Assembly: GCA_039208735.1 (NCBI GenBank)
Contig: JBCCQY010000013.1
Location: 1 to 64,000, forward strand
DNA length: 64,000 nucleotides
Source: Myxococcota bacterium
GTDB taxonomy: Bacteria > Myxococcota_A > UBA796 > GCA-2862545
Direction: 5' to 3'
A program made the position numbers and the translations under genes. Within the stretch, counting starts at the first letter, position 1; each line of letters opens with the position of its first letter. This document shows, in pieces, positions 28,844 through 39,817 of this stretch. The notes below the pieces were generated by a model, which was not told the DNA's origin, ran no database searches, and was given only the letters and a program-made list of their open reading frames with translations.

Positions 28844-30625
28844 TTAGAGTTCGACGCGTTCGGTGATGACGTTCGCGGTGCCGTCGCCGGGGTAAAGGAT
28901 GGTCGTCAGCAGGGGACGATCCTCGGCCCACGAAGGCGCAGACGGACGAACGAGGAGACGGGGACCGGTGGTGCCGGGCGCGGTCTCGACCTGGCCGACC
29001 ATGTAGTTCTGCTGGCCATTAACGTCGATGACGAAGTCGCTCACTCGCTTACCGCCGAAGCTTTCCCAACGGAAGTCGGGGAGGGGCGGGTTGAAGCTCA
29101 CGGCGGTCACGGGGGTGCCACGGCCGTACTGCTCAACGCGGATGTTCATCAGCTCGAGGTAAGCATCCGACACGAGGCGGTAGGTGTAGGTGAGCGTACG
29201 GTCCGGGGTCGCCTGAACGGCTTCGACTTCGTTGCCGCGGCGCGTCACGAGCCACTTGAGCTTCACGGTGTCGCCCGAGGGCCGGGTATGCACGGTGGTG
29301 AAGTTCTTAAGGGCGAACTCGGGACGCAGGCCCTGGTTCATGTCCATCTCGGCCGTGGCCGGCTCATCTTCGCCTTCGACTTCGCCTTCCTCGGCTTCGG
29401 GAAGGTCTTCCGACTCATCCATCTCGAAATCATCGAGTTCGTCGAGGTCTGCCTCGGCGGCTTCCGCAACGTCTTCTTTGAGGTCGTAGATGCCTTCACC
29501 CAACGATGCGGAGGCCTCGCCGTCGCCCTCGGCCGGGGTGAAGCTGAAGGTCCACTGGACCTTGCCGGTGACGTTGTCCGCGAAGGTCCAACCGTCGACC
29601 GCACGGGTGATGCAGCGCGTCATGACTTCGTCGGTGATGCCACCCTCGACCTCGGGGAGTGCCGTGCCGACGACGACCCCTTCCGAGATGTCGAAATCCA
29701 CCTGCAGCGGACCACCGAGTTCCGGAACTTCTTCGGTGCGCTTGAGGTAGCAACCCTGAACCGTGCTGAAGTTCTGCGCGACCGTGACCTTCACGGCCTC
29801 GCTTGGCCTCACTTCGACTTCGACGGGCGCTGAGTCTTCCGTGACCACCTTTTCGACGATGACTTCGCCGTACTCGGGGCCGCCGTAGCCAAGGCCTTCG
29901 GGCATGATGGCGAACTTGCCGACCGCAAGACCGCCCTGCACCTGGGTCTGCACGAAGCGGCCCGGCACCACACCTGCGATCTTGCGGAACGAAACGTCGG
30001 CGCCGTCAAGCTTCATGTCGGCCTTAAAAAGACTTTCCTGGGCCGGAATGTCGAGGGCGACGAGCAGCTGGTTGGCGGAGTGGTCGAAGGCGCGACCGTT
30101 GCGCTTGCGCTCAGTTTGGACGGGGGCGTCGCCCTCAAACTTCGCGTCGACGCGGTTGCCAAGGCTGTTGATGTAGGAGAGCGTGAGATCGATGGTCTCG
30201 GCGTCGGACGCATCCTCGGCGTTGAACCGGTCGACGGCACGACGGGCCAACGGAAGTTCTGGCAGGATGGCGTCGATATCGTCGATGCTGGCCACCAGGG
30301 TCTGGTCGCCTTCGAGGTTGGTCTCGAGGGCGAACCAGAGGGGGCCCGAGGGGCGCGACAGGCGAGCCACTTCGATCATGTCAAAGTCATCGCTCTTCGG
30401 CATCAGGGCGATATCGAGATCGAAGGCGGCGCCGAATGCGAGGAAAGGCAACGGCGGAGCCTGCGTCTTCGGATCCTTACCGGCGTACCGCTGCTCCGCG
30501 AAGCTTCGGTAGGTCGGGAAGTTGAGGGTCCGTTCATAGTCGGACATCACCGGGCCCTTCGGTCGATATTTCGACCCGCACCCAGCGAACACCAGGGTGC
30601 TCAGCCCAATCAATACCCAGCGCAT
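28844..30625 (-). CDS. Lipoprotein with an internal AgmX/PglI C-terminal (TonB-C-like) domain
   Basis: Lipobox FAGC; VQGCY...GPLQVDFDI...[11 protein letters not shown]...FSF; acidic linker. Confidence 0.6.
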   Translation of the reverse strand: MRWVLIGLSTLVFAGCGSKYRPKGPVMSDYERTLNFPTYRSFAEQRYAGKDPKTQAPPLPFLAFGAAFDLDIALMPKSDDFDMIEVARLSRPSGPLWFALETNLEGDQTLVASIDDIDAILPELPLARRAVDRFNAEDASDAETIDLTLSYINSLGNRVDAKFEGDAPVQTERKRNGRAFDHSANQLLVALDIPAQESLFKADMKLDGADVSFRKIAGVVPGRFVQTQVQGGLAVGKFAIMPEGLGYGGPEYGEVIVEKVVTEDSAPVEVEVRPSEAVKVTVAQNFSTVQGCYLKRTEEVPELGGPLQVDFDISEGVVVGTALPEVEGGITDEVMTRCITRAVDGWTFADNVTGKVQWTFSFTPAEGDGEASASLGEGIYDLKEDVAEAAEADLDELDDFEMDESEDLPEAEEGEVEGEDEPATAEMDMNQGLRPEFALKNFTTVHTRPSGDTVKLKWLVTRRGNEVEAVQATPDRTLTYTYRLVSDAYLELMNIRVEQYGRGTPVTAVSFNPPLPDFRWESFGGKRVSDFVIDVNGQQNYMVGQVETAPGTTGPRLLVRPSAPSWAEDRPLLTTILYPGDGTANVITERVEL

Positions 30626-30863
30626 GCCTTCTCCTTTTGTGCTGCCAACGACGACCTGTTCCAGGGGAGATTGGGCCTGCGGCCCGACGGGAACGCGTTC
30701 GGCGTCCTCTCCTGACGGCCTTTCTGGACCGCCATTGCCCGCAGCTTCTGCGGACCGTCACCCCTATGTCCTCGGCGGGATCGGTGCAAGCACGATACGA
30801 CCGGCGGGAGTTAGGAAGGGCCGCCGTTATGACGCAATGGCGACCGGCGATGGGGAGGGTTCG

Positions 30864-31634
30864 ATGGCGTACACGGTAGGCTCGCTCGAGCTGACCTCGC
30901 GGCTCATCGTTGGGACGGGCCGCTACCGCGACCTCGAACAGATGAAAGCGTGTCATGAAGCTGCGCGAACCGAGTTGGTGACCGTGGCGCTGCGGCGCGT
31001 CGATCTGGACGGCCTCGAGGGGCCAAGTCTCCTCGACTACATTGACACGGACCGTATCACCCTGCTGCCGAACACCTCAGGCTGCTACACCGCTGAAGAT
31101 GCGGTGACGACCGCAGAAATCGGTCGGGAACTCCTCGGTACGGCGCGCGTGAAGCTCGAGGTGATCGGCGATGAACGGACCTTGTTTCCCGACGCCGAAG
31201 GCACGCTCGAAGCGGCGCGTCTGCTTGTGGCAAAGGGGTTCGAGGTCTGGCCTTATTGTTCGGACGATCCGGTATTGTGCCAGCGGCTCGTCGACATCGG
31301 CTGCGTCGCGGTGATGCCGTTGGCAGCGCCTATTGGTTCGGGACTTGGAATCCGGAATTCGACCAATCTGCAAATCATCCGTCAGTTTGTCGACGTTCCG
31401 ATGATCGTGGACGCAGGGGTCGGCACGGCCTCCGACGCAGCCATCGCGTTCGAGCTAGGTGCCGACGCGGTCATGATGAACACGGCGATCGCCGAGGCCG
31501 GTGACCCGGTGGCCATGGCCCATGCGATGTACCATGCGTGTGAGGCGGGCCGAATGGCTTATGAGTCGGGGCGAATGCCACGTCGTCTCTACGCAACGGC
31601 GAGTTCGCCCCTCGACGGCCGGTTCGGCACCTGA
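30864..31634 (+). CDS. thiG: Thiazole synthase ThiG
   Basis: [40 protein letters not shown] and ASSP. Confidence 0.96.
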   Translation: MAYTVGSLELTSRLIVGTGRYRDLEQMKACHEAARTELVTVALRRVDLDGLEGPSLLDYIDTDRITLLPNTSGCYTAEDAVTTAEIGRELLGTARVKLEVIGDERTLFPDAEGTLEAARLLVAKGFEVWPYCSDDPVLCQRLVDIGCVAVMPLAAPIGSGLGIRNSTNLQIIRQFVDVPMIVDAGVGTASDAAIAFELGADAVMMNTAIAEAGDPVAMAHAMYHACEAGRMAYESGRMPRRLYATASSPLDGRFGT

Positions 31635-32230
31635 GCCACCCCGCGCCGCTCTTTGCCATTACGGCCGGAGACGATGGCCATGGGCGCGATCTGCTGTCGT
31701 GGATGGGCCCGTTGGCCCAGGCGGGTCTTCGGTCCATCCTGATCCGCGAACCTCACGTCCCTGCGCCGCGGCTCGACGTCCTGTGTGACGCAGCGGGGGC
31801 GGAAGGGTTGGACGTCTGGGTTCACGATCGACACCCACACGCTCGTCATCGTTCAGAAGGGCTCCACCTCTCGGCGGCGGGATCGCTTGCAGACCCGGCA
31901 CGGCCCTTTGGCCAGAGCTGCCACAATGCGGCCGAACTCCGCCGAGCGTTCGCCGCGGGGGCTCGCTACGCGTTGCTCTCGCCCGTGTTTCAGCCCACGT
32001 CAAAGCCTGATGATCGCCGTCCTCCCTTAGGGGTTGAGGGGTTTGTCAGCCTCGCCGCGGGACGGCCGGTTTGGGCGCTTGGGGGCATCACGCTGGCTCG
32101 AGCCGCGGCCCTTCACCGAGCGGGAGGCCGTGGTGTGGCTGTCCTCGGCGGGATCTTTGGGCAACCCGACCCCCGGTCGGCCGCGAAAATGGTGACAAAG
32201 CTCTTGGCTACTTGGTCGGACGGAACGTAG
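31631..32230 (+). CDS. thiE: Thiamine phosphate synthase (ThiE/TenI family)
   Basis: [29 protein letters not shown] and ALGGI. The start is probably a CTG overlapping the thiG stop; the first ATG is at 31703. Confidence 0.8.
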   Translation: MSHPAPLFAITAGDDGHGRDLLSWMGPLAQAGLRSILIREPHVPAPRLDVLCDAAGAEGLDVWVHDRHPHARHRSEGLHLSAAGSLADPARPFGQSCHNAAELRRAFAAGARYALLSPVFQPTSKPDDRRPPLGVEGFVSLAAGRPVWALGGITLARAAALHRAGGRGVAVLGGIFGQPDPRSAAKMVTKLLATWSDGT

Positions 32231-32262
32231 AGTCCAGTCCTCGACCGTCTTTGGGAGTTCCC

Positions 32263-33414
32263 ATGTGGACCGTGTTGCTCGTGGCTTGTGGCTCGCCGAC
32301 CGAAGAGAACGAAGTAGCGGAGCCGATCGCGCTGACTTGGGGATCCTCGAATCGCTCTGAGGCGGCGTTGGTCGTCCCCCGCGGCAACGGTGACGATGGC
32401 TACTACGTGGGTCTCGAACTTGCGGCGCCGGCGCGGACCGACGGGGTTTTGGTATCGGTCGACACCACGGGCGACATTGCGTGGCAGGTCCAGTGGGGCA
32501 GCCTCGGAGATGACGAAGTCGACACGATCGTTGTCCTCGATGGTCAGGTGGCCGTGGGGGGCCGGCGATTGCTCAACCCCACCACCGACTCCGACAGTCT
32601 TGCGGTCATGACCCTCATCGAAACGACAGGCCCTTCGGTGGTTGACGACACTTGGTGGATGTGGAACGCAAGCGAAGAGAACGACCGAATTGCAGGTATC
32701 GAAGCTCTTGACGCCGGGTTTGCCTTGGCCGGTGGGGCCGGCCCCCAGCTTCTGACGGCCGAGATCGATGAGAAGGCGAAGACCGTGGACCAGCTTCGCT
32801 TTGGACCCTCGCGTCGCACCGTGGAGCAAGCCGTTTCGATCGGGGGTGGCGAGTTCGTGCTCTACGGACAGGCCACGGACCCAAATGATTTCAACGATCC
32901 AGGCCAGATCTGGGCGGGTCAGGTGGGCCCACGGGGCGACCTGCAGCGAGAAGAGAGCTTCGGAGAGCTGTACCAGGTGGAAGACCGCGCCACGGACTTG
33001 GTGGTCCTCGACGATGGGGCCTGGCTCATCGCGGGCGAGACGGGCATCAACAACGGCGATGTTGCGCTCATCGCGGTTGAGCCGTCGGGGGACGTTCGTT
33101 TCGAGGTGGCCTGGGACTCGGGTGGCCAAGACCTCGACCCGCAGTTGGCCATGTCACCGGAAGGCACCGTGTTTGGCGCTTCGGTTCGGAACCGGGATGA
33201 ACTCATCGTGTTCACCGTGGATCTACAGACCGGTGACGTGACGCGGTTCTCGGAACTCGTTGGCGTGGATCGGGTGCGAGACCTCTGGGTCGACGAGGAG
33301 CGCATTTGCCTCGCCATGGCGCTGCCAGGTGACGTGAAGGGCGGCTACCTCGCCTCGTTTGCCTGCGGGGGCCGCGACGGTGAGGACGGCGTCGTTTGGC
33401 CCTCATTGCGTTAA
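32263..33414 (+). CDS. Hypothetical lipoprotein, probable beta-propeller
   Basis: MWTVLLVAC lipobox; repeated DxxGxxxW-type beta segments; acidic. Confidence 0.55.
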   Translation: MWTVLLVACGSPTEENEVAEPIALTWGSSNRSEAALVVPRGNGDDGYYVGLELAAPARTDGVLVSVDTTGDIAWQVQWGSLGDDEVDTIVVLDGQVAVGGRRLLNPTTDSDSLAVMTLIETTGPSVVDDTWWMWNASEENDRIAGIEALDAGFALAGGAGPQLLTAEIDEKAKTVDQLRFGPSRRTVEQAVSIGGGEFVLYGQATDPNDFNDPGQIWAGQVGPRGDLQREESFGELYQVEDRATDLVVLDDGAWLIAGETGINNGDVALIAVEPSGDVRFEVAWDSGGQDLDPQLAMSPEGTVFGASVRNRDELIVFTVDLQTGDVTRFSELVGVDRVRDLWVDEERICLAMALPGDVKGGYLASFACGGRDGEDGVVWPSLR

Positions 33415-33424
33415 GAGCAGCGTT

Positions 33425-33574
33425 ATGCCAGAAGCCACGCCAACGCCCTGGATGTTCGATGCCGCCGTCTTCGTGGGGGTGTTTTCGGCCCTGACCTGGG
33501 GATTTCTCGTGCTGTTCAAGCCGAGGCTCTACCAAGGCGGGGGCGCACTTCCCGAGCCGCGGGACGAAGACTAG
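33425..33574 (+). CDS. Small (49 aa) single-TM protein
   Basis: MPEATPTPWMFDAAVFVGVFSALTWGFLVLFKPRLY... fills the gap exactly and its stop abuts the next start. Confidence 0.55.
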   Translation: MPEATPTPWMFDAAVFVGVFSALTWGFLVLFKPRLYQGGGALPEPRDED

Positions 33575-34099
33575 GTGAGTGAGGCGCCGTCCAGGGGTGT
33601 GCGAGTCCTCCTCTACGGCGTTCTTGCCGCGTACCTTCTCGTGATTGTAGGCAGTGCGCTCGGAGGCAATGCCGCCACAGATGCCTTGCGGGATCATGTG
33701 ACGCGACCCCTCGAACAGGTCTTGGGCATCCATCAGACATGGCCCATGTTCGCTTCGGTGCCGCGTCGTACGGAGTGGCTCACCGCGCATGGCCAGCGAC
33801 AGGACGGCGGGGAGGTCACCTTGGAAGCCTTGCCCGGTCGGCCCGACGACCAAGGTGTGCGCTGGACGTATGACCGGCTGGGGAAGCTTCAACGCAACGC
33901 TGCCGTGGAGCGACGCAAGAAGCTTCGCATGGGCATCGTGCGTTGGTTGTGTCGTCGAGAAAAGGCGATCGGCCAGCCCTTGTCGAAGCTCCAGCTGGTG
34001 CGACATCGATCGCAGACCCCTAAACCCGGTGGCCCATCCACCCCACGGAGCGCGTTCTTCGAAAGCCGAAGGGAGTATTCGCGGTGGAACTGTCGCTAG
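33575..34099 (+). CDS. DUF5819/SdpA-like membrane-anchored protein
   Basis: N-terminal TM segment, QTWPMFA motif and two C-terminal Cys; directly upstream of an HTTM gene. Confidence 0.55.
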   Translation: MSEAPSRGVRVLLYGVLAAYLLVIVGSALGGNAATDALRDHVTRPLEQVLGIHQTWPMFASVPRRTEWLTAHGQRQDGGEVTLEALPGRPDDQGVRWTYDRLGKLQRNAAVERRKKLRMGIVRWLCRREKAIGQPLSKLQLVRHRSQTPKPGGPSTPRSAFFESRREYSRWNCR

Positions 34100-35022
34100 C
34101 CCGCGTTGGCGAACGCATCGATCGCTTCCTGTTTGCCCCCGTCGATGCGCGGGCGGTGGCGGCGATGCGGATTTCGCTCGGGGTGCTCCTGTTGTTCGCG
34201 TGGGTGCCTTTGGGCGCCCAATTCGTGACGCTGTTCCACGTCGATGGCATCGTGGATGCGCACCTCATCGACACCTACTGGACCCCCTATGCGTTGCGGT
34301 GGCTCGAGGGCCTCTCGCCCGAGGGATTGATGGGCGTCTACGGGCTCGGCATCGTCGCCATTGTGGCCTTCACCACAGGCACGTTGACGCCGGTGGCGAA
34401 CGGGGTCGTGGTCGTGCTGCTCGTGCTCATCCACCACCGCAACCCATGGATCCAGAACGGCGGTGACCGTCTCATCCGGATCTGGGCCCTCCTGATGCTG
34501 GTCATCCCTTCGGGAGCGGCGTGGTCCGTCGATGCCTGGCTCCGCGAGCGCCTGGGTTGGACCTCCCGCGCCACGGTGCCCGCGTTTGGACTGCGGCTCA
34601 TCCAGATTCAGCTCGTCGTGATGTACACCTACACAGGGCTTGCGAAGCTAGGTGACTCGGCTTGGTTTTCGGGCGAAGCGATCTACTACGCGATCAGCGA
34701 TGGTGGCTTTTCTCGCGCTCCTTGGCTGCTCGACCCGATCGTGCAGCACCCAGTGGCACGCCCGTTCCTGTGGTTGCTCGATCTTGGCACCTTGGCGTTT
34801 GAGATTGGCTTTCTGCCGTTGGTGTTGTGGTCACGGACCCGCAACGCGACGCTGATCGCGGGGATCGCATTGCATGCGGGGATTTTCCTCACCATGGCGG
34901 TGGGACTGTTCGGTCCCGCCTCGGTTTGGGGCTACCAGGCGCTAGCCCCGTGGTCGCAACCCCGCGATTCGACCGGGCTACGTGAGTCGAAACCGATGGA
35001 GGCAAGGCATGAACGGAGGTGA
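34084..35022 (+). CDS. HTTM domain membrane protein (SdpB / vitamin-K-dependent carboxylase-like TM domain)
   Basis: MRISLG, NGGDR, QLVVMYTYTGLAKL...W, FEIGF and LHAGI. Confidence 0.8.
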   Translation: MELSLARVGERIDRFLFAPVDARAVAAMRISLGVLLLFAWVPLGAQFVTLFHVDGIVDAHLIDTYWTPYALRWLEGLSPEGLMGVYGLGIVAIVAFTTGTLTPVANGVVVVLLVLIHHRNPWIQNGGDRLIRIWALLMLVIPSGAAWSVDAWLRERLGWTSRATVPAFGLRLIQIQLVVMYTYTGLAKLGDSAWFSGEAIYYAISDGGFSRAPWLLDPIVQHPVARPFLWLLDLGTLAFEIGFLPLVLWSRTRNATLIAGIALHAGIFLTMAVGLFGPASVWGYQALAPWSQPRDSTGLRESKPMEARHERR

Positions 35023-36736
35023 ACGGGTTGCAGAGGTGCTCAAGCGCCACGGAGTGCCCTTTGTGTTCACGCTCATTGGCGGTCACGTCTCGCCGATCCT
35101 GGTGTCTGCGAAGGCCAAGGGCATTCGGGTCATCGACGTACGACACGAGGTGAACGCGGTGTTTGCTGCAGATGCAGTGGCCCGTTTGACGGGCGTGCCC
35201 GGGGTGGCCGTGGTCACCGCCGGACCTGGCGTTACCAATGCGATCACCGCGATCAAAAATGCCCAGCTCGCGCAGTCGCCGCTTGTGCTCATTGGTGGGG
35301 CGACGACTACGCTGTTGCGCGGCCGAGGGTCGCTGCAAGACATCGATCAGGTTGCGTTGATGAAGCCCCACGTGAAGCTGCTGGAGCGTCCCGATCGGTT
35401 GCGCGACGTGGTGCCTGCCCTCGAGCGGGCCATGCATGTGGCGGCGAGCGGGGTGCCGGGCCCCGTGTTCGTCGAACTGGCTATCGACCTACTCTATGAC
35501 GAATCCACGGTTCGCGAGCAGGTCGACAAGCAAGTCAATCCGCCCAATCCAACCCTCACGCAGCGCGCAATTTCCGCCTATGTCAGTACCCATCTCTGGC
35601 GAACCTACCGAGGAAGTGACGGGCCGCGATTCCATGCGCCGCGAGCCATCGACATCCCCCAGCCCTCGTCATCGAAGGTGCGGAAGGCCGCGGGCTGGTT
35701 GCGAGATGCCCAACGTCCGCTGATGGTCCTTGGTTCGCAGGTCATGCTGCGTCCGGATCGGGTGGAGGCGCTGGTTGCCGCCGTAGAGGCGATGGGCATC
35801 CCCTGCTACCTCTCGGGCATGGCTCGGGGGCTCCTCGGCGCCAACCACCCGCTGCAGAAGCGCCACAAGCGCCGCATCGCGCTGAAGGCGGCCGATGTGG
35901 TGCTGTTGGCCGGGGTCCCGAGCGACTTTCGACTCGATTACGGCAACCACGTCCGTCGTGCCAAGGTCATCGGGGTGAACTTATCCGAGGAAGATCTCCA
36001 CAAGAATCGGAGCCCCGACCTTGGTATTCTCGCGGATCCGCATGCCACGTTGCTCCAGATCGCGGCGAGCATCGGACCGATTCCCAACCGGGCCTCCTGG
36101 CTCGCGGAACTCGACGAGCGCGACGCAGCGCGGAATGCCGAAATCACCACCATGGTCTCGGAACAAGACGAGCTGCTCGACCCCGTGGGATTCTGCCAGG
36201 AGGTCGACGAAGCCTTGTCCGATGACAGTGTTCTGGTCGGAGATGGCGGTGACTTCGTGGCGACCGCGGCCTACACCGTCTCGCCGCGACGCCCCCTGTC
36301 GTGGTTGGACCCTGGGGTCTTCGGCACGCTGGGGGTGGGGGCGGGGTTCGCGCTGGGGGCCAAGCTCGTGCGGCCCGATGCCGATGTGTGGCTTTTGTGG
36401 GGCGACGGTGCAGCAGGCTTTTCGATCATGGAGATGGACACGTTCGCCCGTCATGGGGTGCCCGTCATTGCGGTCGTTGGGAACGACGCAGGCTGGACCC
36501 AGATCTTGCGCGACCAAGCGACGATCCTCGGCGACGATGTGGCCTGCCGCCTGACCCACATGGACTACCACACGGTGGCCGAAGGGTGCGGGGCGAAGGG
36601 CTTTGTGGTCCGTGAGCCGGGGGCGGTCAAAGGGGTCCTCGCCGAGGCGGTTCAGACCTCTCGCGCCGGCACTCCCGTGCTCGTCAACGCGCTGCTCGGT
36701 CGGTCACGCTTTCGGGAAGGCTCGATTTCGATGTGA
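35009..36736 (+). CDS. TPP-dependent enzyme, acetolactate synthase-like (ILVBL / 2-hydroxyacyl-CoA lyase type)
   Basis: [39 protein letters not shown] and the GDG...GND TPP motif. Confidence 0.9.
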   Translation: MNGGERVAEVLKRHGVPFVFTLIGGHVSPILVSAKAKGIRVIDVRHEVNAVFAADAVARLTGVPGVAVVTAGPGVTNAITAIKNAQLAQSPLVLIGGATTTLLRGRGSLQDIDQVALMKPHVKLLERPDRLRDVVPALERAMHVAASGVPGPVFVELAIDLLYDESTVREQVDKQVNPPNPTLTQRAISAYVSTHLWRTYRGSDGPRFHAPRAIDIPQPSSSKVRKAAGWLRDAQRPLMVLGSQVMLRPDRVEALVAAVEAMGIPCYLSGMARGLLGANHPLQKRHKRRIALKAADVVLLAGVPSDFRLDYGNHVRRAKVIGVNLSEEDLHKNRSPDLGILADPHATLLQIAASIGPIPNRASWLAELDERDAARNAEITTMVSEQDELLDPVGFCQEVDEALSDDSVLVGDGGDFVATAAYTVSPRRPLSWLDPGVFGTLGVGAGFALGAKLVRPDADVWLLWGDGAAGFSIMEMDTFARHGVPVIAVVGNDAGWTQILRDQATILGDDVACRLTHMDYHTVAEGCGAKGFVVREPGAVKGVLAEAVQTSRAGTPVLVNALLGRSRFREGSISM

Positions 36737-37849
36737 TCGACGGCGGGCGACCAACAAGCCCGGCACGACCATGAGCCACGCCAATCCCGACCCTGGGGAC
36801 GTGGACTGACAGCCACAGAGTTCGGCTTCTTCGGGGAGTTCCCAAGCGAAGAGGCCTTCGGCGTTCGGGGGGGCGATGATGCCTTCGGTCTCGCACCACA
36901 CCCGGGTCCCGTCTGCGCAGGCTTCACGCATGGTGGTGTCGATCCAGTCGAGGAACGCATCCACACGGGTGTCGACGCCTCCCGTCAGGCGGCAGTCCGT
37001 CTGGTCGTAGGCGTGGCTCGTCACGCCAATGACGCGCCAAGGCTCGCTCGAGTCTGTGTCGTACTCACGGAAGGAGGGTCCTCCCGAGTCGCCGTGGCAT
37101 TTGCGGCCATCTTCCGCCACCTCGCCCACTTTGAGTTCCCACCGGTTGATCTCGGCGATGAAGCTATCGGCGACTTGCTTGGTGCCGGCAATGCCGTCCT
37201 GGGCTTGCTGGCCCCACCCGACAATGACGAGATCGTCGTCGACATCGAGGGCGGCGCCTTCTTCGGCCGTGGGCAGAATGCCAAACGGGCGGCCTTCAAA
37301 CGCTTCTTCAAGAAAGACGAGCCCGATGTCGGCGTTTCGTGCGAGCCCCAACGACAACTCCGCCAGGTCGAAACCCGGGTGCGCCACCCAATCCGTCGCG
37401 CGAATGGCCGAAGCGGGGAGCTCTTCGAACCCGCCGAGGAGTTCGAGCTCAAACTGGTGCGGGGTGAGGTCGGTGGTGGGGGCGAAGACAAAGTCGAGAT
37501 CCGAAAGACCAAACGCCTGGACCCCTTGGTTTTCGCCTTCCTGCAGGAGCCCGTCGACGTCAATGCAGTGGGCGGCGGTGAGCACGACGTCCGGTGCGAT
37601 CAACGTGGCGCTGCACCACAGCTGCCGGGAGCGAAGGCCGGGATAGTCGCCACCGAGTTCGATCGTAGCCTCGACGATGAGGCCCCCCGCCTCCCGCCAC
37701 TCTCCGTTCGTTCCTCGTTCGCCGTTGATGATGGGGGAGGGCGCAGGAGGGTCCGCTTCGCTAGGGTCGGCGGGCCATTGTGGCTCACGTGGCTCGGGGG
37801 TGTCCAAAGGGCCTTGCGCCCAGGCCACCGTCAACATCCACCATCCCAT
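36704..37849 (-). CDS. S1 trypsin-like serine protease with MYXO-CTERM-like sorting tail
   Basis: CSATLI...LTAAHC, ADIGL and CHGDSGGP; C-terminal CGC-TM-RRR. Confidence 0.88.
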   Translation of the reverse strand: MGWWMLTVAWAQGPLDTPEPREPQWPADPSEADPPAPSPIINGERGTNGEWREAGGLIVEATIELGGDYPGLRSRQLWCSATLIAPDVVLTAAHCIDVDGLLQEGENQGVQAFGLSDLDFVFAPTTDLTPHQFELELLGGFEELPASAIRATDWVAHPGFDLAELSLGLARNADIGLVFLEEAFEGRPFGILPTAEEGAALDVDDDLVIVGWGQQAQDGIAGTKQVADSFIAEINRWELKVGEVAEDGRKCHGDSGGPSFREYDTDSSEPWRVIGVTSHAYDQTDCRLTGGVDTRVDAFLDWIDTTMREACADGTRVWCETEGIIAPPNAEGLFAWELPEEAELCGCQSTSPGSGLAWLMVVPGLLVARRRSHRNRAFPKA

Positions 37850-37945
37850 CGTGCGTCCTCCCAGTGGTCGCGGCTTATGCGATGTTCCCTCACCGTCCAA
37901 TACGAGCCGTTCGCGATACGCAGGCGATTCACGGTGGAGGCAGGT

Positions 37946-38659
37946 TTGCGGAGAGCGGAGAAGGCTGAAAAAATCATGGAGATTCTGCAGGACCGGTTTC
38001 CTGACCCTCCGGTACCGCTCGATCACACCGATCCCTACACGCTTCTTGTTGCGGTGATGCTATCGGCGCAGACCACCGACAAGAAGGTCAATGAGGTGAC
38101 GCCGGCGCTGTTTGCAAAGGCATCCACCCCCGCCGCCATGGCTGAACTCGATGTCTCCGAGATTAAGGAGTTCATCAAGCAGATCGGCCTTGCGCCGCGC
38201 AAGGCCAAGGCGCTCAAGGGCTTGTCGCAGATGCTGCTCGATGATCACGACGGGGAAGTCCCCGCTGACTTCGAGGCGCTAGAAGCCTTACCGGGGGTCG
38301 GGCACAAGACCGCCTCGGTGGTGATGGCACAGGCCTTCGGCGTTCCCTCCTTCCCGGTCGATACGCACATTCACCGGCTGGCGGACCGCTGGGGCCTGTC
38401 GGATGGGTCGAACGTCGTCAAGACGGAGCGTGACCTCAAGGCGGTGTTCCCGCGGGATCGCTGGAACGACCTGCATCTGCAGATCATCTTCTTTGGCCGG
38501 GAGTTCTGTCCTGCGCGGTATCACGACCTTAGGGAATGCCCAATCTGCAGCTGGGCCGCCACGAAGAAGCGGATCCTGGCGGAAGAAAAAGAGAACGCCG
38601 CCCTCCGCAACGCACGACGCACGAAGAAGGGTCGAGGATCCAGGCCTCGTGCGCGTTAG
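37946..38659 (+). CDS. nth: Endonuclease III
   Basis: LSAQTTD, LPGVGHKTA (HhH), PVDTH and Cys residues of the Fe-S motif; GGAGG RBS before TTG 37946. Confidence 0.93.
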   Translation: MRRAEKAEKIMEILQDRFPDPPVPLDHTDPYTLLVAVMLSAQTTDKKVNEVTPALFAKASTPAAMAELDVSEIKEFIKQIGLAPRKAKALKGLSQMLLDDHDGEVPADFEALEALPGVGHKTASVVMAQAFGVPSFPVDTHIHRLADRWGLSDGSNVVKTERDLKAVFPRDRWNDLHLQIIFFGREFCPARYHDLRECPICSWAATKKRILAEEKENAALRNARRTKKGRGSRPRAR

Positions 38660-38668
38660 AATGGCCCA

Positions 38669-39817
38669 GTGACCCAACCCTCGGCGAACGGCCAGTTGGC
38701 CATGGTCCTGGCCGGAGGCGCCGCACGTGGTGCCTACGAAGCCGGTGTGCTGCGGTACCTGTACCACGACCTGCCTCGTCACCTTGGCTTCGTGCCTTGG
38801 CCGGACATCGTGGCAGGGGCGAGTGTCGGGGCCTTGAACAGCTCGTTTGTGGCGGGCCGGGACTTGGATGGCCTGCTGTGGTTGTCGCAGTTCTACCGGA
38901 ACCTGCAGCTGCCCGATGTCTTTGGGGTCAGCTACACCGACATGTTCCGGACGGTCCGGGATGCGTTTCGGGATGCGCCGTTCTTCATCGCCGACCCTGA
39001 ACCGCTGCAAAAAATGGCGTTTCGCCACTTCCCCAAGCGGGAGATTCGGCGAGCCGTGGACGATGGACTGACCTGGATCGTAGGGGCGACCGACCTACGC
39101 ACGGGATTTCAGGTGCTGTTTGTCGACAGTCAGCGCAGCCCAGATTGGGGGCTCCGGCCCGGGGTGCACATCGTCCACACCGAGATTCGGTCCATCCACA
39201 CCCTGGCGAGCGCGGCCTTGCCGCTATTGTTTCCGCCGATTCAGGTGGGTGACCGGCTCCTCGTCGACGGGGGGCTGCGCATGAATACCCCGTTGCGTCC
39301 GGTGGTTCGGGCCGGCGCGAAACGCATCATTGTACTGTCGCTCAAACGACAGTCGCAAGACGAAGAGCGCACGTTGCAGGTGCCGAACCTACCGTTCCTT
39401 GTCGGAAAGACGATCAATGCCTTGTGGCTTGACCCGATCGAACAGGATCTGCACGACGCTGAAGAGATGAACCGGATCATTGCTTGGGGCAACGAACACT
39501 ACGGCCCCGAGTTTGGCGAACGACTCTACCGGGACCTCGGGCATCGCGACGTCGAGGTGCTGTTCATCGCGCCCTCGGTTGACCTTGGGGAGATTGCCGC
39601 CTCGATTTACCAAGAACGGCCCCCTCGGGTGTCAGGTGCGTTGGGGAGCTTGCTGAGTTGGGCTGCGGGGGACACCGGTCCCGATGCCGACCTGCTGTCC
39701 TACGTGTACTTCGACAAGGAGTATACGGGGGCGCTGGAGGAGCTTGGATACCGGGATGCCCAGGCCCTCGAAGAAGAGATCGTCAAGATCATCATGCCCG
39801 ATGGGACGCCGACCTAG
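38669..39817 (+). CDS. Patatin-like phospholipase
   Basis: GGAARG, GASVG and DGG motifs. Confidence 0.9.
   Translation: MTQPSANGQLAMVLAGGAARGAYEAGVLRYLYHDLPRHLGFVPWPDIVAGASVGALNSSFVAGRDLDGLLWLSQFYRNLQLPDVFGVSYTDMFRTVRDAFRDAPFFIADPEPLQKMAFRHFPKREIRRAVDDGLTWIVGATDLRTGFQVLFVDSQRSPDWGLRPGVHIVHTEIRSIHTLASAALPLLFPPIQVGDRLLVDGGLRMNTPLRPVVRAGAKRIIVLSLKRQSQDEERTLQVPNLPFLVGKTINALWLDPIEQDLHDAEEMNRIIAWGNEHYGPEFGERLYRDLGHRDVEVLFIAPSVDLGEIAASIYQERPPRVSGALGSLLSWAAGDTGPDADLLSYVYFDKEYTGALEELGYRDAQALEEEIVKIIMPDGTPT

Noticed and set aside
30663..30714. Possible three-way stem or TPP riboswitch upstream of thiG
   Set aside because: The TPP aptamer consensus (CUGAGA, ACCUGA) is absent, and the short GC-rich stems could be chance.
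37013..37945. Apparent N-terminal fusion on endonuclease III
   Set aside because: It is antisense to the trypsin-like gene; the real start is TTG 37946 with a GGAGG RBS.
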